Positions 1 to 12,210 of a stretch of 39,119 nucleotides of DNA are shown in pieces. The translations under genes were made by a program, and so were the position numbers. How positions within the stretch are numbered: position 1 is the stretch's first letter; each line of letters begins with the position of its first letter. The stretch spans positions 1 to 39,119 of the forward strand of contig JAUCBJ010005123.1 of assembly GCA_032718475.1 (NCBI GenBank). The letters are read 5' to 3'. The notes under the pieces are model-generated. The model saw only the letters and a program-made list of their open reading frames with translations. It did no database searches and was not told the DNA's origin. The DNA is from Nemertoderma westbladi (Eukaryota > Animalia > Xenacoelomorpha).

Positions 1-413
1 TGTAAATAAACTTCGAAAAAAACAAAGTTGAGTTGAGATGTAGTATTAAACAATAAAACGCTTCATAAAAAATAACGGTAGACACTTTAAATGCAAAGTG
101 TAAATTATCTCTAATTGCAAAAAAGTGATTCTGAGTGTAACTCAGTAATTCTGTATGATCTTTGTCTATAAGAATAACATACCTGTCTGAAATATGAGCT
201 AATCAATTAAGTCCAATATGTTTATTAGCCAGAGTACAATTTTATTACATATTTATGGGGTGCAGTCACAACTTGTCCGAATGCCATTTGCACAATACAA
301 ATTTCACATGAGTAACTAACCCAATAAGTATGTAACCTACACCTACTGTACTACTGAAATAGGCCCTATATTTAAAAGGTATTGAGGTGGGATGTGTCCC
401 AATCTACTCTATA

Positions 414-2132
414 GGGACAATGTATGGTCAGATACAATGTATGGTCAGATACAATGTATGATCAGATACAATGTATGGTCAGATACAATGTATGGTGAGA
501 TACAATGTATGGTGAGATACATTGTATGGTCGGATACAATGTATGATCAGATACATTGTATGGTCAGATACAATGTATGGTCAGATACAATGTATGGTCA
601 GATACAAATGTATGGTCAGTTACAATGTATGGTCAGATACAATGTATGGTCAGATACAATGTAGGGTCAGATACAATGTATGGTCAGATACAATGTATGG
701 TCAGATACAATGTATGGTGAGATACAATGTATGGTGAGATACATTGTATGGTCGGATACAATGTATGGTCAGATACAATGTATGGTCAGATACAATGTAT
801 GGTCAGATACAATGTATGGTCAGATACAATGTATGGTCAGATACAAATGTATGGTCAGTTACAATGTATGGTCAGATACAATGTATGGTCAGATACAATG
901 TAGGGTCAGATACAATGTATGGTCAGATACAATGTATGGTCAGATACAATGTATGGTCAGATACAATGTAGGGTCAGATACAATGTATGGTCAGATACAA
1001 TGTATGGTCAGATACAATGTAGGGTCAGATACAATGTATGGTCAGATACAATGTATGGTCAGATACAATGTATGGTCAGATACAATGTATGGTCAGATAC
1101 AATGTAGGGTCAGATACAATGTATGGTCAGATACAATGTATGGTCAGATACAATGTATGGTCAGATACAATGTAGGGTCAGATACAATGTATGATCAGAT
1201 ACAATGTCTGGTCAGATACAATGTATGGTGAGATACAATGTATGGTGAGATACATTGTATGGTCGGATACAATGTATGGTCAGATACAATGTATGGTCAG
1301 ATACAATGTATGGTCAGATACAATGTATGGTCAGATACAATGTATGGTCAGATACAAATGTATGGTCAGTTACAATGTATGGTCAGATACAATGTATGGT
1401 CAGATACAATGTATGGTCAGATACAATGTATGGTGAGATACAATGTATGGTCAGATACATTGTATGGTCGGATACAATGTATGGTCAGATACAATGTATG
1501 GTCAGATACAATGTAGGGTCAGATACAATGTATGGTCGGATACAATGTAGGGTCAGATACAATGTATGGTCAGATACAATGTATGATCAGATGCAATGTA
1601 TGGTTAGATACAATGTATGGTGAGATACAATGTATGGTCAGATACATTGTATGGTCGGATACAATGTATGATCAGATACAAATGTATGGTCAGATACAAT
1701 GTATGGTCAGATACAAATGTATGGTCAGATACAATGTATGGTCAGATACAAATGTATGGTCAGTTACTATGTATGGTCAGATACAAATGTATGGTCAGTT
1801 ACTATGTATGGTCAGATACAAATGTATGGTCAGATACAATGTATGGTCAGATACCAATGTATGGTCAGATACAATGTATGGTCAGATACAAATGTATAGT
1901 CAGTTACTATGTATGGTCAGATACAAATGTATGGTCAGTTACTATGTATGGTCAGATACAAATGTATGGTCAGTTACTATGTATGGTCAGATACAAATGT
2001 ATGGTCAGTTACTATGTATGGTCAGATACAAATGTATGGTCAGTTACTATGTATGCTCAGATACAAATGTATGGTCAGTTACTATGTATGGTCAGATACA
2101 AATGTATGGTCAGTTACTATGTATGGTCAGAT
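414..2132. repeat. 17-bp minisatellite (GATACAATGTATGGTCA)n, ~100 copies, shifting to a 35-bp dimeric unit in the last ~400 bp
   Basis: The periodicity is directly visible. The right part alternates GATACAAATGTATGGTCA with GTTACTATGTATGGTCA. All ORFs from 392 to 2234 are translations of this repeat. Confidence 0.98.
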
Positions 2133-3440
2133 ATCTCTCGATATTCAGAATGCTGCTGGGGTGAAAATATCCCCACCATCATCGGATCGCCGTATGAGTG
2201 GGTCCCCAGCAGAACATTAAATCGATGCGCATAAGCTGTTATCTAGCTTACATAGAGGAAGCTGCACCCAGTGTTGGTGTTTGTGAATAGAGCAACTTTA
2301 AAGACCAAAATTCTGACAGTAAACATGGACTCAGACCAGCAGAAAGTGTATCATGATAATATTCAATCGCTGAGTGGACTGGTAAGTCTAGATTAGGTAT
2401 TCATAATTTTCGTATCCAGTGTAAGCCGTTAAATCACTAACTAAACAAAAATATAAGAATACAAACACATTAGCATGGGACATGCCAACTATTATTAATT
2501 TTATAGTGACAAGGTAAGGTTGAAGAATATATAAATCAAACACTAAATTATTTAATAATTTTGTTGAAAGGCACTAATTTATTCTTTCCATTTTCAACGT
2601 ATATTAATAGATAAGAAAGCAACAAAGAATAATCTGTTTGTACTTATTCTCTAGTTTCACATTTACATATACAAATAAAGACATTCGAGGCGACAAACAC
2701 TCTTTATCTCTGGAGTAGGCGTGGGCGGGTGAGGATGAGCGGGCATTGCTAAGCAACCCGAGGACTTCCTAAGCCACAGGAAAGGTAATGCGGGTTGGCG
2801 TGGGTGGGATTACCTGAGCAGTCGGCAAAGAACTGCGGCATGCGAATAACTACTTCCTAGTAAACATGCCTTCCTTGCTGATAAAACCTAGTATAAATTA
2901 ATTTCCTCTTCTAATTAACGAGCTTCTCTTTGCACTGCTATTTTAAAAACCGATAAATTTTACCTTCCCTATTCTAAATATAGTAGATTTACGTCACGGT
3001 CCTTTCACACGGACAAACTGTACGTACATGTGGGTGGACGTACACGTTCGGAAAGGTACTTTTAACTAGTGGGGTAGACGCTATCTTGTATGTTGCAACA
3101 ACTACTTGGAACAAAGTGATTCACGCATTCGCGTGAAAACCTTTGTGTTAATTAAATTCGATTTTTACTTGTGCTTAGGTGTGAATAATATGTAATTCGT
3201 TCATACCATACTGTTAATGAACATTGAACAACACTGTATGAATTTATGCCTCGTTCAATAGAGCCACAACTGCATAAATCATGCTGTTAAGAATGGTCAC
3301 TGAGTTTTAACAAAGTTGGATTAGGCTATAAATCACTTGCAGTTAGTTGCACCAACACAACTACACACCTATACTTCCACTTAATATTTTACTATATACT
3401 GTACAGTACAATTACATATAAACAGCGGTTTGACGAATAA

Positions 3441-3753
3441 ACACGAGGTGTGGCCTTCGCGCAGCCCTCTAGATAAGTTTATGTTTAGTATCAACTCAAA
3501 AGGATTAGAAACAACATACACAACACATCTCTTTCTTCGGATAAATAATTTTAGCGAAGTTTTGAGGTGGAAGGGGTAACACAAATTTCAAATCAATCAA
3601 ACGAAATTATTAAAATTAAAATTAAATTAAATTATTAGCATGTAAAAAAAAACCACACGACAAACTATTTTGCAATTATTGTATTGACCCTCGACTCCCA
3701 CCCCGCATCGACTACCAATTTGCTAAGCCATCGCCGACTTCGTGAATCGCCCA
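3441..3753 (+). mobile_element. Short non-autonomous Helentron/HINE-like element (same family as 4846-6143, without the internal array)
   Basis: Its start ACACGAGGTGTGGCCTTCGCGCAGC...AGTATCAACTCAAAAGGATTA and end TTATTAGCATGT...GCTAAG...CGCCGACTTCGTGAATCGCCC match both ends of the 4846-6143 element. The class is inferred from the subterminal inverted repeat. Confidence 0.6.
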
Positions 3754-4669
3754 ACAATTATTGTTAATCAGTAAGCATGTAGGGCCTACTTTTACATTCT
3801 TTACTTAATTCCATTGATTGACTTTACATTAACAATCTCTTGTAATCCACCGTCACCCTCTGAATGATGTCGCAGGATGTCTGATTATCAAAAATGTTAA
3901 TGCACTTAGAAAAAAAAATCACACTTCTCTAGGTCGACCAGCCAATATGCTATAAGTATCAAGTATGTATGCTGCGTGTAATTCTTGGAATTCAATTCCA
4001 AGTATCAGTGCGTTTCCATTTGAGGTGAGTGGAGAAAGCGAGCTGTTAAAATTAGCTAACCATTTTCTAGCAACTGAAGTCGTGCCACCTGCACCTGAAA
4101 TGCTACAATAACTTATGAGAGTGGCTTCACTTGAAAAATTGCCATTAAATGACGTCTGCGAGCTACTCTTATTGAATATCGCATTTTCATCTACTCACAT
4201 CTCCCAAACTGTTTCACATAATCTTTCGTGTTTTACTTTAAAACATTCCAGACGGCTTAATTAAGTTCCTTTTGTGCTGAGATACTAATTAAGAGTCGCC
4301 AATCAATGTTCTCCAATTGAACCTCTGTTCGACCGAGGCCGGAAGGTGGAGAAGGGACTTCCCCTCTTCTGTCGCTCCTTAAACCGTTAAATTAGGAGCG
4401 TTGATGTCGTTAGTTTACGGGGTAAACCGGATGCAAATATAATAATATTGGAATAACCTTGATATTACTGTTTGATATCTGTTTGTCATTGTCAGATATA
4501 CGAACACTGTGTTGCATTCGTGGAGATGCTTTCTGATTGTAGATTTGTGAAAGTAGACATTCATTTATCCGTAGCTATACTTGTGACGTCACAATAGCAG
4601 TTTGGTGAACAAATAAAATACATAACACCAACATCAACAGCCAAAGTAAAATCTATTCAAGTAATCGCG

Positions 4670-4746
4670 AACCGGGGGGGGGGGGGGGGGGGGGGTCAAA
4701 AATCTTTTTTTAAAAAGCGTGACATCATTTTGTGCACGGCCCCTAA
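4670..4746. mobile_element. One end of a PIF/Harbinger-like MITE
   Basis: GCGTGACATCATTTTGTGCACGGCCCC followed by TAA, next to a poly-G run, resembles GGGGCCGT-type termini with a TAA target. The other end was not found. Confidence 0.4.
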
Positions 4747-4845
4747 GACTATTAGTTTATTCGTGCAGTTATTATAGTGTTTACTTTTGTACAGTAGGTA
4801 GGTTTCATTTCTGATAGGAGGTTTCTCATTTGTATGTATATATAT

Positions 4846-6005
4846 ACACGAAGTGGGGCCTTCGCGCAGCACGTGAAATGAGTTAATGCTAAGTATCAAC
4901 TCGAAAGGATTATAAAAACATAGGAGAAGATTTTCCCGGAAAACGTTAACCCTCTAGCGGGAGACTGGGTAACTGAAGAAGGAAGGATTAGTTTCCCTAC
5001 AAAGCCACAGCCCATATGGTCTATTACATATCTACCAAGTTTCCGATTGACGGATCATAAATAACGAAATGTTGGAAGGTTTTCACTTTCATACATTTAG
5101 CCCTCTAGCGGCATATTAAAGAACTACGGATCGATCACCTTCCTCACAAAGACGAGGCATGTGGTCTAGTATATACCGGTACTGTATATTCCAAAATTCA
5201 GCTTAAATAGATTAAGATCAAGGAATTCGCGAAGGTTATCACTTTCCTACATTTCGCCCTCTAGCGGCAGACTCGAAAACTCCGGACCGATTACTGTCCA
5301 CACAAAGACTTAGGATGTCTTCTAGTACATATATGACAAGTTTCAGGTGGATCAGATCATAAATAACTAAATGGAAGAATAATTTCACATTCGGGACATT
5401 TCGCCCTCTAGCGGCAGACTGGAGAACTGCAGACAGATTAGCCTCCTTTGAAATTTACAGCTAATGGTCTAGTACATACTTCCCAAGTTTCAGCTTAAAC
5501 GGATTAAAAGCAAAGAAATGGGTGGCCATTTAATGTTTAGACATGTGGCCCTCTAGCGGGAGACCATTGCACTGATGGTGTCTGAAAGTCTCTCAAAAAT
5601 CTCAACTTTTGCTCATATTGATACCTACAAATTTTCAACTTGGCAGCTTTAAATCCGACAAAGTTATTAGCATGTCAAAATCGTAACGACGACAACGATT
5701 TCACTTTCAGACCTTTGGCCCTCTAGCGGCAGACTGGAGAACTGCAGATGGATTCGCCTCCTTTGAAAGTCACAGCTAATGGTCTAATACATATCTGCCA
5801 AGTTTCAGCTTAAACGGATTAAAAGCAAAGAAATGGGAGGGCATTTAATGTTTAGACATGTGGCCCTCTAGCGGGAGACCATTGCACTGATGGTGTCTGA
5901 AAGTCTCTCAAAAATCTCAACTTTTGCTCATATTGATACCTACAAATTTTCAACTTGGCAGCTTTAAATCCGACAAAGTTATTAGCATGTCAAAATCGTA
6001 ACGAC

Positions 6006-6067
<62 letters not shown>

Positions 6068-6143
6068 CAACTATTTGCATAAATTGACCCACCCCCTAAC
6101 AGTGTCAATTCGCTAAGGCTCCGCCAACTTCGTGGCTCGCCCC
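4846..6143 (+). mobile_element. Helentron/HINE-like non-autonomous element with an internal ~150-bp satellite-like array and an (ACG)n microsatellite
   Basis: Subterminal inverted repeat CACGAAGTGGGGCCTT versus AAGGCTCCGCCAACTTCGTG. Seven diverged 145-170-bp monomers, with the last four forming a 315-bp dimer duplication. Microsatellite near the 3' end. A second copy of the ends lies at 3441-3753. Confidence 0.65.
6001..6070. repeat. (ACG)n microsatellite
   Basis: Directly visible; it produces the poly-Arg stretch in ORF 5950-6369. Confidence 0.97.
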
Positions 6144-6235
6144 ACACACACGTTATATCCGTATTTTGATACCCATAGTTGGTTTTGTGAAAATCGGTTT
6201 CTGCAGTTACAGTGTAGTGTGTAGTGTATTGTTTT

Positions 6236-7079
6236 AAGCAAGTAGGCTTTGGTGAGAGGTTGGTGTGTGCAAGTAGGCTTTGGTCAGAGGTTGGTGTGTG
6301 CAAGTAGGCTTTGGTCAGAGGTTGGTTGGTGTGTGCAAGTAGGCTTTGGTCAGAGGTTGGTGTGTGCAAGTAGGTTTTGGTCAGAGGTGGGTGTGTGCAA
6401 GTAGGCTTTGGTCAGAGGTTGGTGTGTGCAAGTAGGCTTTGGTCAGAGGTTGGTGTGTGCAAGTAGGCTTTGGTCAGAGGTTGGTGTGTGCAAGTAGGCT
6501 TTGGTCAGAGGTTGGTGTGTGCAAGTAGGCTTTGGTCAGAGGTTGGGGGGTGTGTGCAAGTAGGCTTTGGTCAGAGGTTGGTGTGTGCAAGTAGGTTTTG
6601 GTCAGAGGTTGGTGTGTGCAAGTAGGCTTTGGTCAGAGGTTGGTGTGTGCAAGTAGGCTTTGGTCAGAGGTTGGTGTGTGCAAGTAGGCTTTGGTCAGAG
6701 GTTGGTGTGTGCAAGTAGGCTTTGGTCAGAGGTTGGGGGGTGTGTGCAAGTAGGCTTTGATCAGAGGTTGGTGTGTGCAAGTAGGTTTTGGTCAGAGGTT
6801 GGTGTGTGTAAGTAGGCTTTGGTCAGAGGTTGGTGTGTGCAAATAGGCTTTGGCCAGAGGTTGGTTGGTGTGTGCAAGTAGGCTTTGGTCAGAGGTTGGT
6901 GTGTGCAAGTAGGCTTTGGCCAGAGGTTGGTTGGTGTGTGCAAGTAGGCTTTGGTCAGAGGTTGGTGTGTGCAAGTTGGTTTTGGTCAGAGGTTGGTGTG
7001 TGCAAGTAGGCTTTGGTCAGAGGTTGGTTGGTGTGTGCAAGTAGGTTTTGGTCAGAGGTTGGTGTGTGCAAGTAGGTTT
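6236..7079. repeat. 31-bp minisatellite (GGTGTGTGCAAGTAGGCTTTGGTCAGAGGTT)n, ~26 copies
   Basis: Period of 31 (e.g. 6421 to 6452), with occasional 35-37-bp variants. Confidence 0.98.
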
Positions 7080-7519
7080 TATTTCCGTAGTTATTTTTAA
7101 GCAAATCGATTTTATTTTTATGTATTAGTTTTGTGCAAGTTGCAAGTAGAATATTGTTGAAATGGTGATACTGGTACCTGTGTGCTAAACTTGCTTACTT
7201 GTACTTGGTCCTTCACGCACGTGTTTTTAAATGAATACTAAACTCCTGAAGTTTTGTGTGAGTATACTCTATGTGTACAAATATAATCAATTGTTGAGTA
7301 TTATAGCCTTCATGCAATTACAATGCAAACTATAAGTAGGTGTACGCAGATTTTATAATGTTGTTTTGGATTATTACTTGCTTACGAAGTGACCTTGAAG
7401 CACATCCTTCGCAAACCCTAGATCAATCCTGTTTGTATAAATTTACATCGATCGACCGACAATCAGTAATATTATAAAGCAACCGGTAGGCATCGAGGCC
7501 TACGATAACAATATAACCA

Positions 7520-7813
7520 AACATTATTACATGTCACGGCCGACAGCTCCGGTACAACGGCCCACAATGCTCAGTCAATAGGTTCTACCTGTGCGCCGCG
7601 GTTATTAAAGCGAGTTCCCTTTGGCTATACACACGAGAGGGAGCCTCTCATTATACTCCGGGTCCTACACTCCCAACACGCGGTGCTAACAATATTGATT
7701 CCTATGTGCCAATCCAACTGCACAAGGAACACCTACCGGAAACGAACCGTAGTGGCATCTTCCTTGGAATGCATTCCGCTGGAATTAGCTCGATCTAATA
7801 AGTTAATCCGGGG
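7520..7813 (-). mobile_element. Putative tRNA-derived SINE
   Basis: The minus strand begins CCCCGGATTAACTTATTAGATCGAGC, similar to a tRNA-Lys head, with a B-box-like GGTTCGTTTCC inside a CTAC/GTAG stem. The body is GC-richer than the flanks. Confidence 0.45.
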
Positions 7814-8757
7814 GTGAGTTCGTGTTACACTGAAACCTTGAGAGAAATGCCATAATGGGGTGAACTACTAATTCAATATCATTAGTGACCAATTCGAAAC
7901 ACCTTCCTCTTGATGTGAATGTATTGTAGCTTAAAATTAGGTGAGTAAGTAATCCAATCTCTAATAGAATCATTAAGTTGGAGAAAATCCTCCGAGAAAA
8001 TAGTGACATAAAATGAGATGAGATGTGGTTGTAATTCATTTCGAAAAACAACGTAAAGGAAAATGAATTGCTTGAAAGAACATATTCCGCATATTGTACA
8101 GAAAATATTGCAAAAATGAAAAAAAGGTGATTGAACTCATACAAGTTTATCGGAAAATTATTTATGCATATTTGGAGTGACTTTGTGCATTAAGGCACCA
8201 AGAAGAAGGCATTACGGTAATGCAAGTTTCTTGTACTTTATCGCACAGGAGCTGCAAGACCGTACAGCATTTTCCACGATAAACTGAGGGTTCAGCACCA
8301 GAACAGAAAAATATATATAATGGAAGAAGTCAGGTTCGTGGAAACGAGTTAATTAATGTACGACATGTGGATATAAGAATTAATAATCAAGGGAACATAG
8401 TCTCTCTTAATGGACAAAGTTGAAATATGTGAACCGGTAATGATAAAATGTTTCTAATATCGTGTTCCCTGTTCTAAATCAGAAGTTCTTACGTTTTTCA
8501 GGCAATTATAAATCATTAATTGCTTTCTCAAGCACGTTCATGATAAAATCGTTCGCCTATCGCAAGGATAAAGGATAATATAACCTTTTAGCAGAAATAC
8601 GGTACTTCAATTACGGGGGCAACACGGAATGGATAGGACATAACTCGAGGACAAATATCAAAATACTCCTACAGAACCGAGCTTCGAGTTATCAGGAAAT
8701 TTATGTAATCAAAATAAATGTGGAGAGGGAGTATAAATATAATTGTTAATATCTTAC

Positions 8758-8941
8758 CTTGTTTTGGAGGACTAGTTTGGTTCCACAGCGGGAACAGGTT
8801 TTTATTTCGCAGTTGTAACAGCGATGACCGACGCCGTTGGTCAAAGGAATGACCCCACATAACTGACACAGACTCTCCTTGCTCGGGCCAGAATGGCCTC
8901 CGTAATGAGACATGCCCCCTCCAACCTCCTTTTGTCTCAAC
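8758..8941 (-). CDS. RIMS: RIM-family protein, coding exon 2 (FYVE-like zinc finger, first three CxxC pairs)
   Basis: Encodes LRQKEVGGG...LCQLCGVIPLTNGVGHRCYNCEIKTCSRCGTKLVLQNK, with RIM-like spacing C2C-x8-GH-C2C-x4-C2CG. Acceptor ttttag|G, donor AAG|gtaaga. Joins exon 1 in phase (AA+G=Lys). Later exons were not identified in the window. Confidence 0.88.
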
Positions 8942-9974
8942 CTAAAATAGTGAAACAGTATTATGTTAAATATGTATAAGCTTATTTTTTACTTATTAAT
9001 TCAATGATATAATATATGGTATTATTCTACTATTATTGCTGTAATATAATAATGTTAAAATATGATTCAGCTTAACTAATTAAAGTACACCATAGATGGT
9101 GGACACTGTACAGTGTTGGGATTGGGCCGAAATTACATGGTATAATCGATGTGTGAATATCTGCTGCACAGATTACACCTGTTAGTTGTAGGAGTCACGC
9201 AAATAGCATATTTCGAAGAAATGTGAGATAGTTTCAAAGTAAGTGTATTTTACGTTAAGATATTTCTTAACATTAACATTTTTGGGATATTGAAATGGTA
9301 ACAACAGCATAATAAAGTTAAAGTATTCGGATTATAATCTAATCTTTTAAGACTTCATTTTAATGGGAAACCAACAAATAATATTATTTCTTTATTAAAG
9401 TTATATAACTTTCCAACCCAATGAGCTCATCAGCGGGTTACGCCCATTTATATTAAACTGGGTGGGGTGTGTTACGTATTAAGAAGCCTCTGGAATCACA
9501 ATAAATCTATACTCGCCTAATACCTACCTGCATACTATTTTTATGTGCCCTAGTTTTGTAACTCAACTCGAGTATAGAGAGTCCGTCCTGCGAGCACTCT
9601 AACGATTTCCCGCGCTATTAAGCAAATAACCACTACTTCAATAGGTTACTGCTTTCCTGTACAGGTAATAACCAAAATATGAAAATAGCGTTCAATTGCT
9701 AAAACCTAGTCAGTTAGTTAGTTATAGGAAGGTTAAATCAGCTGGGTATTTATTTGCATTGACTTGCCCCTGCAGAATGTTTCATATTGATTGTGTAGAG
9801 AACCCACACTATCTGAGATTAAAAGCAGTTTAACCCTTTGCGTACCAAAGATAAATTACATAAATTTTTCCTCAAAAGGACCAAGAAAAATATATTTGAT
9901 CGGTCCAAGGTTTATTTTCGTATCGTACCAGAGATTTTTATATAAACAGTTTTTGAACAATTATTGAGGCTACC

Positions 9975-11621
9975 GGAGAGGCCGTCGGAGAGGGCGGGGT
10001 CCATGGAACCCCGGATGGAGGTCGTCGGAGAGGGCGGGGTCCATGGTACCAAGGATGGAGGCCGTCGGAGAGGGCGGGGTCCATGGTACCCAGGATGGAG
10101 GCCGTCGGAGAGGGCGGGGTCCATGGTACCAGGATGGAGGCCGTCGGAGAGGGCGGGGTGCATGGTACCCAGGATGGAGGCCGTCGGAGAGGGCGGGGTC
10201 CATGGTACCAAGGATGAGGGCCGTCGGAGAGGGCGGGGTCCATGGTACCCAGGATGGAGGCCGCCGGAGAGGGCGGAGTCCATGGTACCCAGGATGGAGG
10301 TCGTCGGAGAGGGCGGGGTCCATGGTACCCAGGATGGAGGCCGCCGGAGAGGGCGGAGTCCATGGTACCCAGGATGGAGGCCGCCGGAGAGGGCGGAGTC
10401 CATGGTACCCAGGATGGAGGTCGTCGGAGAGGGCGGGGTCCATGGTACCCAGGATGGAGGCCGCCGGAGAGGGCGGAGTCCATGGTACCCAGGATGGAGG
10501 CCGTCGGAGAGGGCGGGGTCCATGGTACCAGGATGGAGGCCGTCGGAGAGGGCGGGGTCCATGGTACCCAGGATGGAGGCCGCCGGAGAGGGCGGAGTCC
10601 ATGGTACCCAGGATGGAGGCCGCCGGAGAGGGCGGAGTCCATGGTACCCAGGATGGAGGCCGTCGGAGAGGGCGGGGTCCATGGTACCAAGGATGGAGGC
10701 CGTCGGAGTGGGCGGGGTCTATGGTACCCAGGATGGAGGCCGTCGGAGAGGGCGGGGTCCATGGTACCCAGGATGGAAGCTGTCGGAGAGGGCAGGGTCC
10801 ATGGTTCCAGGATGGAGGCCGTCGGATAGGGCGGGGTCGATGGTACCAAGGATGGAGGCCGTCGGAGAGGGCGGGGTCCATGGTACCAGGATGGAGGCCG
10901 TCGGAGAGGGCGGGGTCCATGGTACCAAGGATGGAGGCCGTCGGAGAGGGCGGGGTCCATGGTACCAGGATGGAGGCCGTCGGAGAGGGCGGGGTCCATG
11001 GTACCAAGGATGGAGGCCGTCGGAGAGGGCGGGGTCCATGGTACCAAGGATGGAGGCCGTCGGAGAGGGCGGGGTCCATGGTACCCAGGATGGAGGCCGT
11101 CGGAGAGGGCAGGGTCCATGGTACCCAGGATAGAGACCGTCGGAGAGGGCGGGGTCCATGGTACCCAGGATGGAGGCCGTCGGAGAGGGCGGGGTCCATG
11201 GTACCCAGGATGGAGGCCGTCGGAGAGGGCGGGGTCCATGGTACCCAGGATGGAGGCCGTCTGAGCGGGCGGGGTCCATGGTACCCAGGATGGAGGCCGC
11301 CGGAGAGGGCGGGGTCCATGGTACCCAGGATGGAGGCCGTCGGAAAGGGCGGTGTCCTTGGTACCCAGGATGGAGGCCGTCGGAGAGGGCGGGGTCCATG
11401 GTACCCAGGATGGAGGCCGCCGGAGAGGGCAGGGTCCATGGTACCCAGGATGGAGGCCGTCGGAGAGGGCGGGGTCCTTGGTACCCAGGATGGAGGCCGT
11501 CGGAGAGGGCGGGGTCCATGGTACCCAGGATGGAGGCCGTCGGAGAGGGCGGAGTCCATGGTACCCAGGATGGAGGCCGTCGGAGAGGGTGAGATCCATG
11601 GTACCCAGGAAGGAGGCCGTG
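9975..11621. repeat. GC-rich 40-bp minisatellite (CCATGGTACCCAGGATGGAGGCCGTCGGAGAGGGCGGGGT)n, ~41 copies
   Basis: Period of 40 with 39-bp variants; source of the 250-580-aa ORFs on both strands. Confidence 0.98.
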
Positions 11622-11907
11622 TTGAAGGAGAAACAGGTGGGAACATGACTCCGGAGCGACTGCGCGGTTTCCAATCTCCGTTAGGAATGCAGCCGTCTCA
11701 GGGCCGGGTCAACGAAGGTCTCAAAGGCCACCGAGTGGAAGAGTAGCCCCGGTCAACCAATTCCTCGTACTTTCTGATCTCTAATTCACCGCCTCCTCAA
11801 CTATACGGCGGCCAGCCACTGCGACTGCACTCTGGGCGAGGTGACTTGAGGCAAGGGGATCGACGACGGTCGCATCCCGTCCGTTATAGTCCGTCCACGG
11901 CTCCATG

Positions 11908-12210
11908 GGACGAGGGTGTCGCCGGAACTGGGAGTCTGGGCTCGACGGTACGAGGGTGTCGCCGGAACTGGGAATCTGGGCTCGACGGTACGAGGGTGAC
12001 GCCGGAACTGGGAGTCTGGGCTCGACGGTACGAGGGTGTCGCCGGAACTGGGAGTCTGGGCTCGACGGTACGAGGGTTTCGCCGGAACTGGGAGTCTGGG
12101 CTCGACGGTACGAGGGTGACGCTGGAACTGGGAGTCTGGGCTCGACGGTCCGAGGGTGACGCCGGAACTGGGATCGACGGTACGAGGGTGACGCCGGAAC
12201 TGGGAGTCTG
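11908..12210. repeat. Second 40-bp minisatellite (CGAGGGTGTCGCCGGAACTGGGAGTCTGGGCTCGACGGTA)n, ~7.5 copies
   Basis: Period of 40 (11951 to 11991 to 12031), with one shortened unit. Confidence 0.96.

Noticed and set aside
2135-2225. GC-rich hairpin-like segment (GCTGGGG...CCCCAGC) as an ncRNA or RIM exon
   Set aside because: No recognisable RNA family core or RIM motif; more likely the interior of a MITE.
392-2234. Overlapping MYGQIQC/VWSDT ORFs
   Set aside because: Frame-cycling translations of a 17-bp repeat, with no independent gene evidence.
2700-2890. Possible alternative RIM first exon (MPQFFADCS|gtaatc on the minus strand)
   Set aside because: Too short and without homology support.
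8215-8290. CSSC-containing minus-strand frame as RIM exon 3
   Set aside because: Lacks the expected W-x-C-x-x-C and SGxWF motifs and stops after 23 codons.
9398-9440. Hammerhead-like CTGATGAG...GAAA with a stem III hairpin (minus strand)
   Set aside because: Stem I cannot pair and stem II is non-canonical.
9912-11746. 250-580-aa ORFs on both strands
   Set aside because: A GC-rich 40-bp repeat lacking stop codons in all frames; not a real gene.
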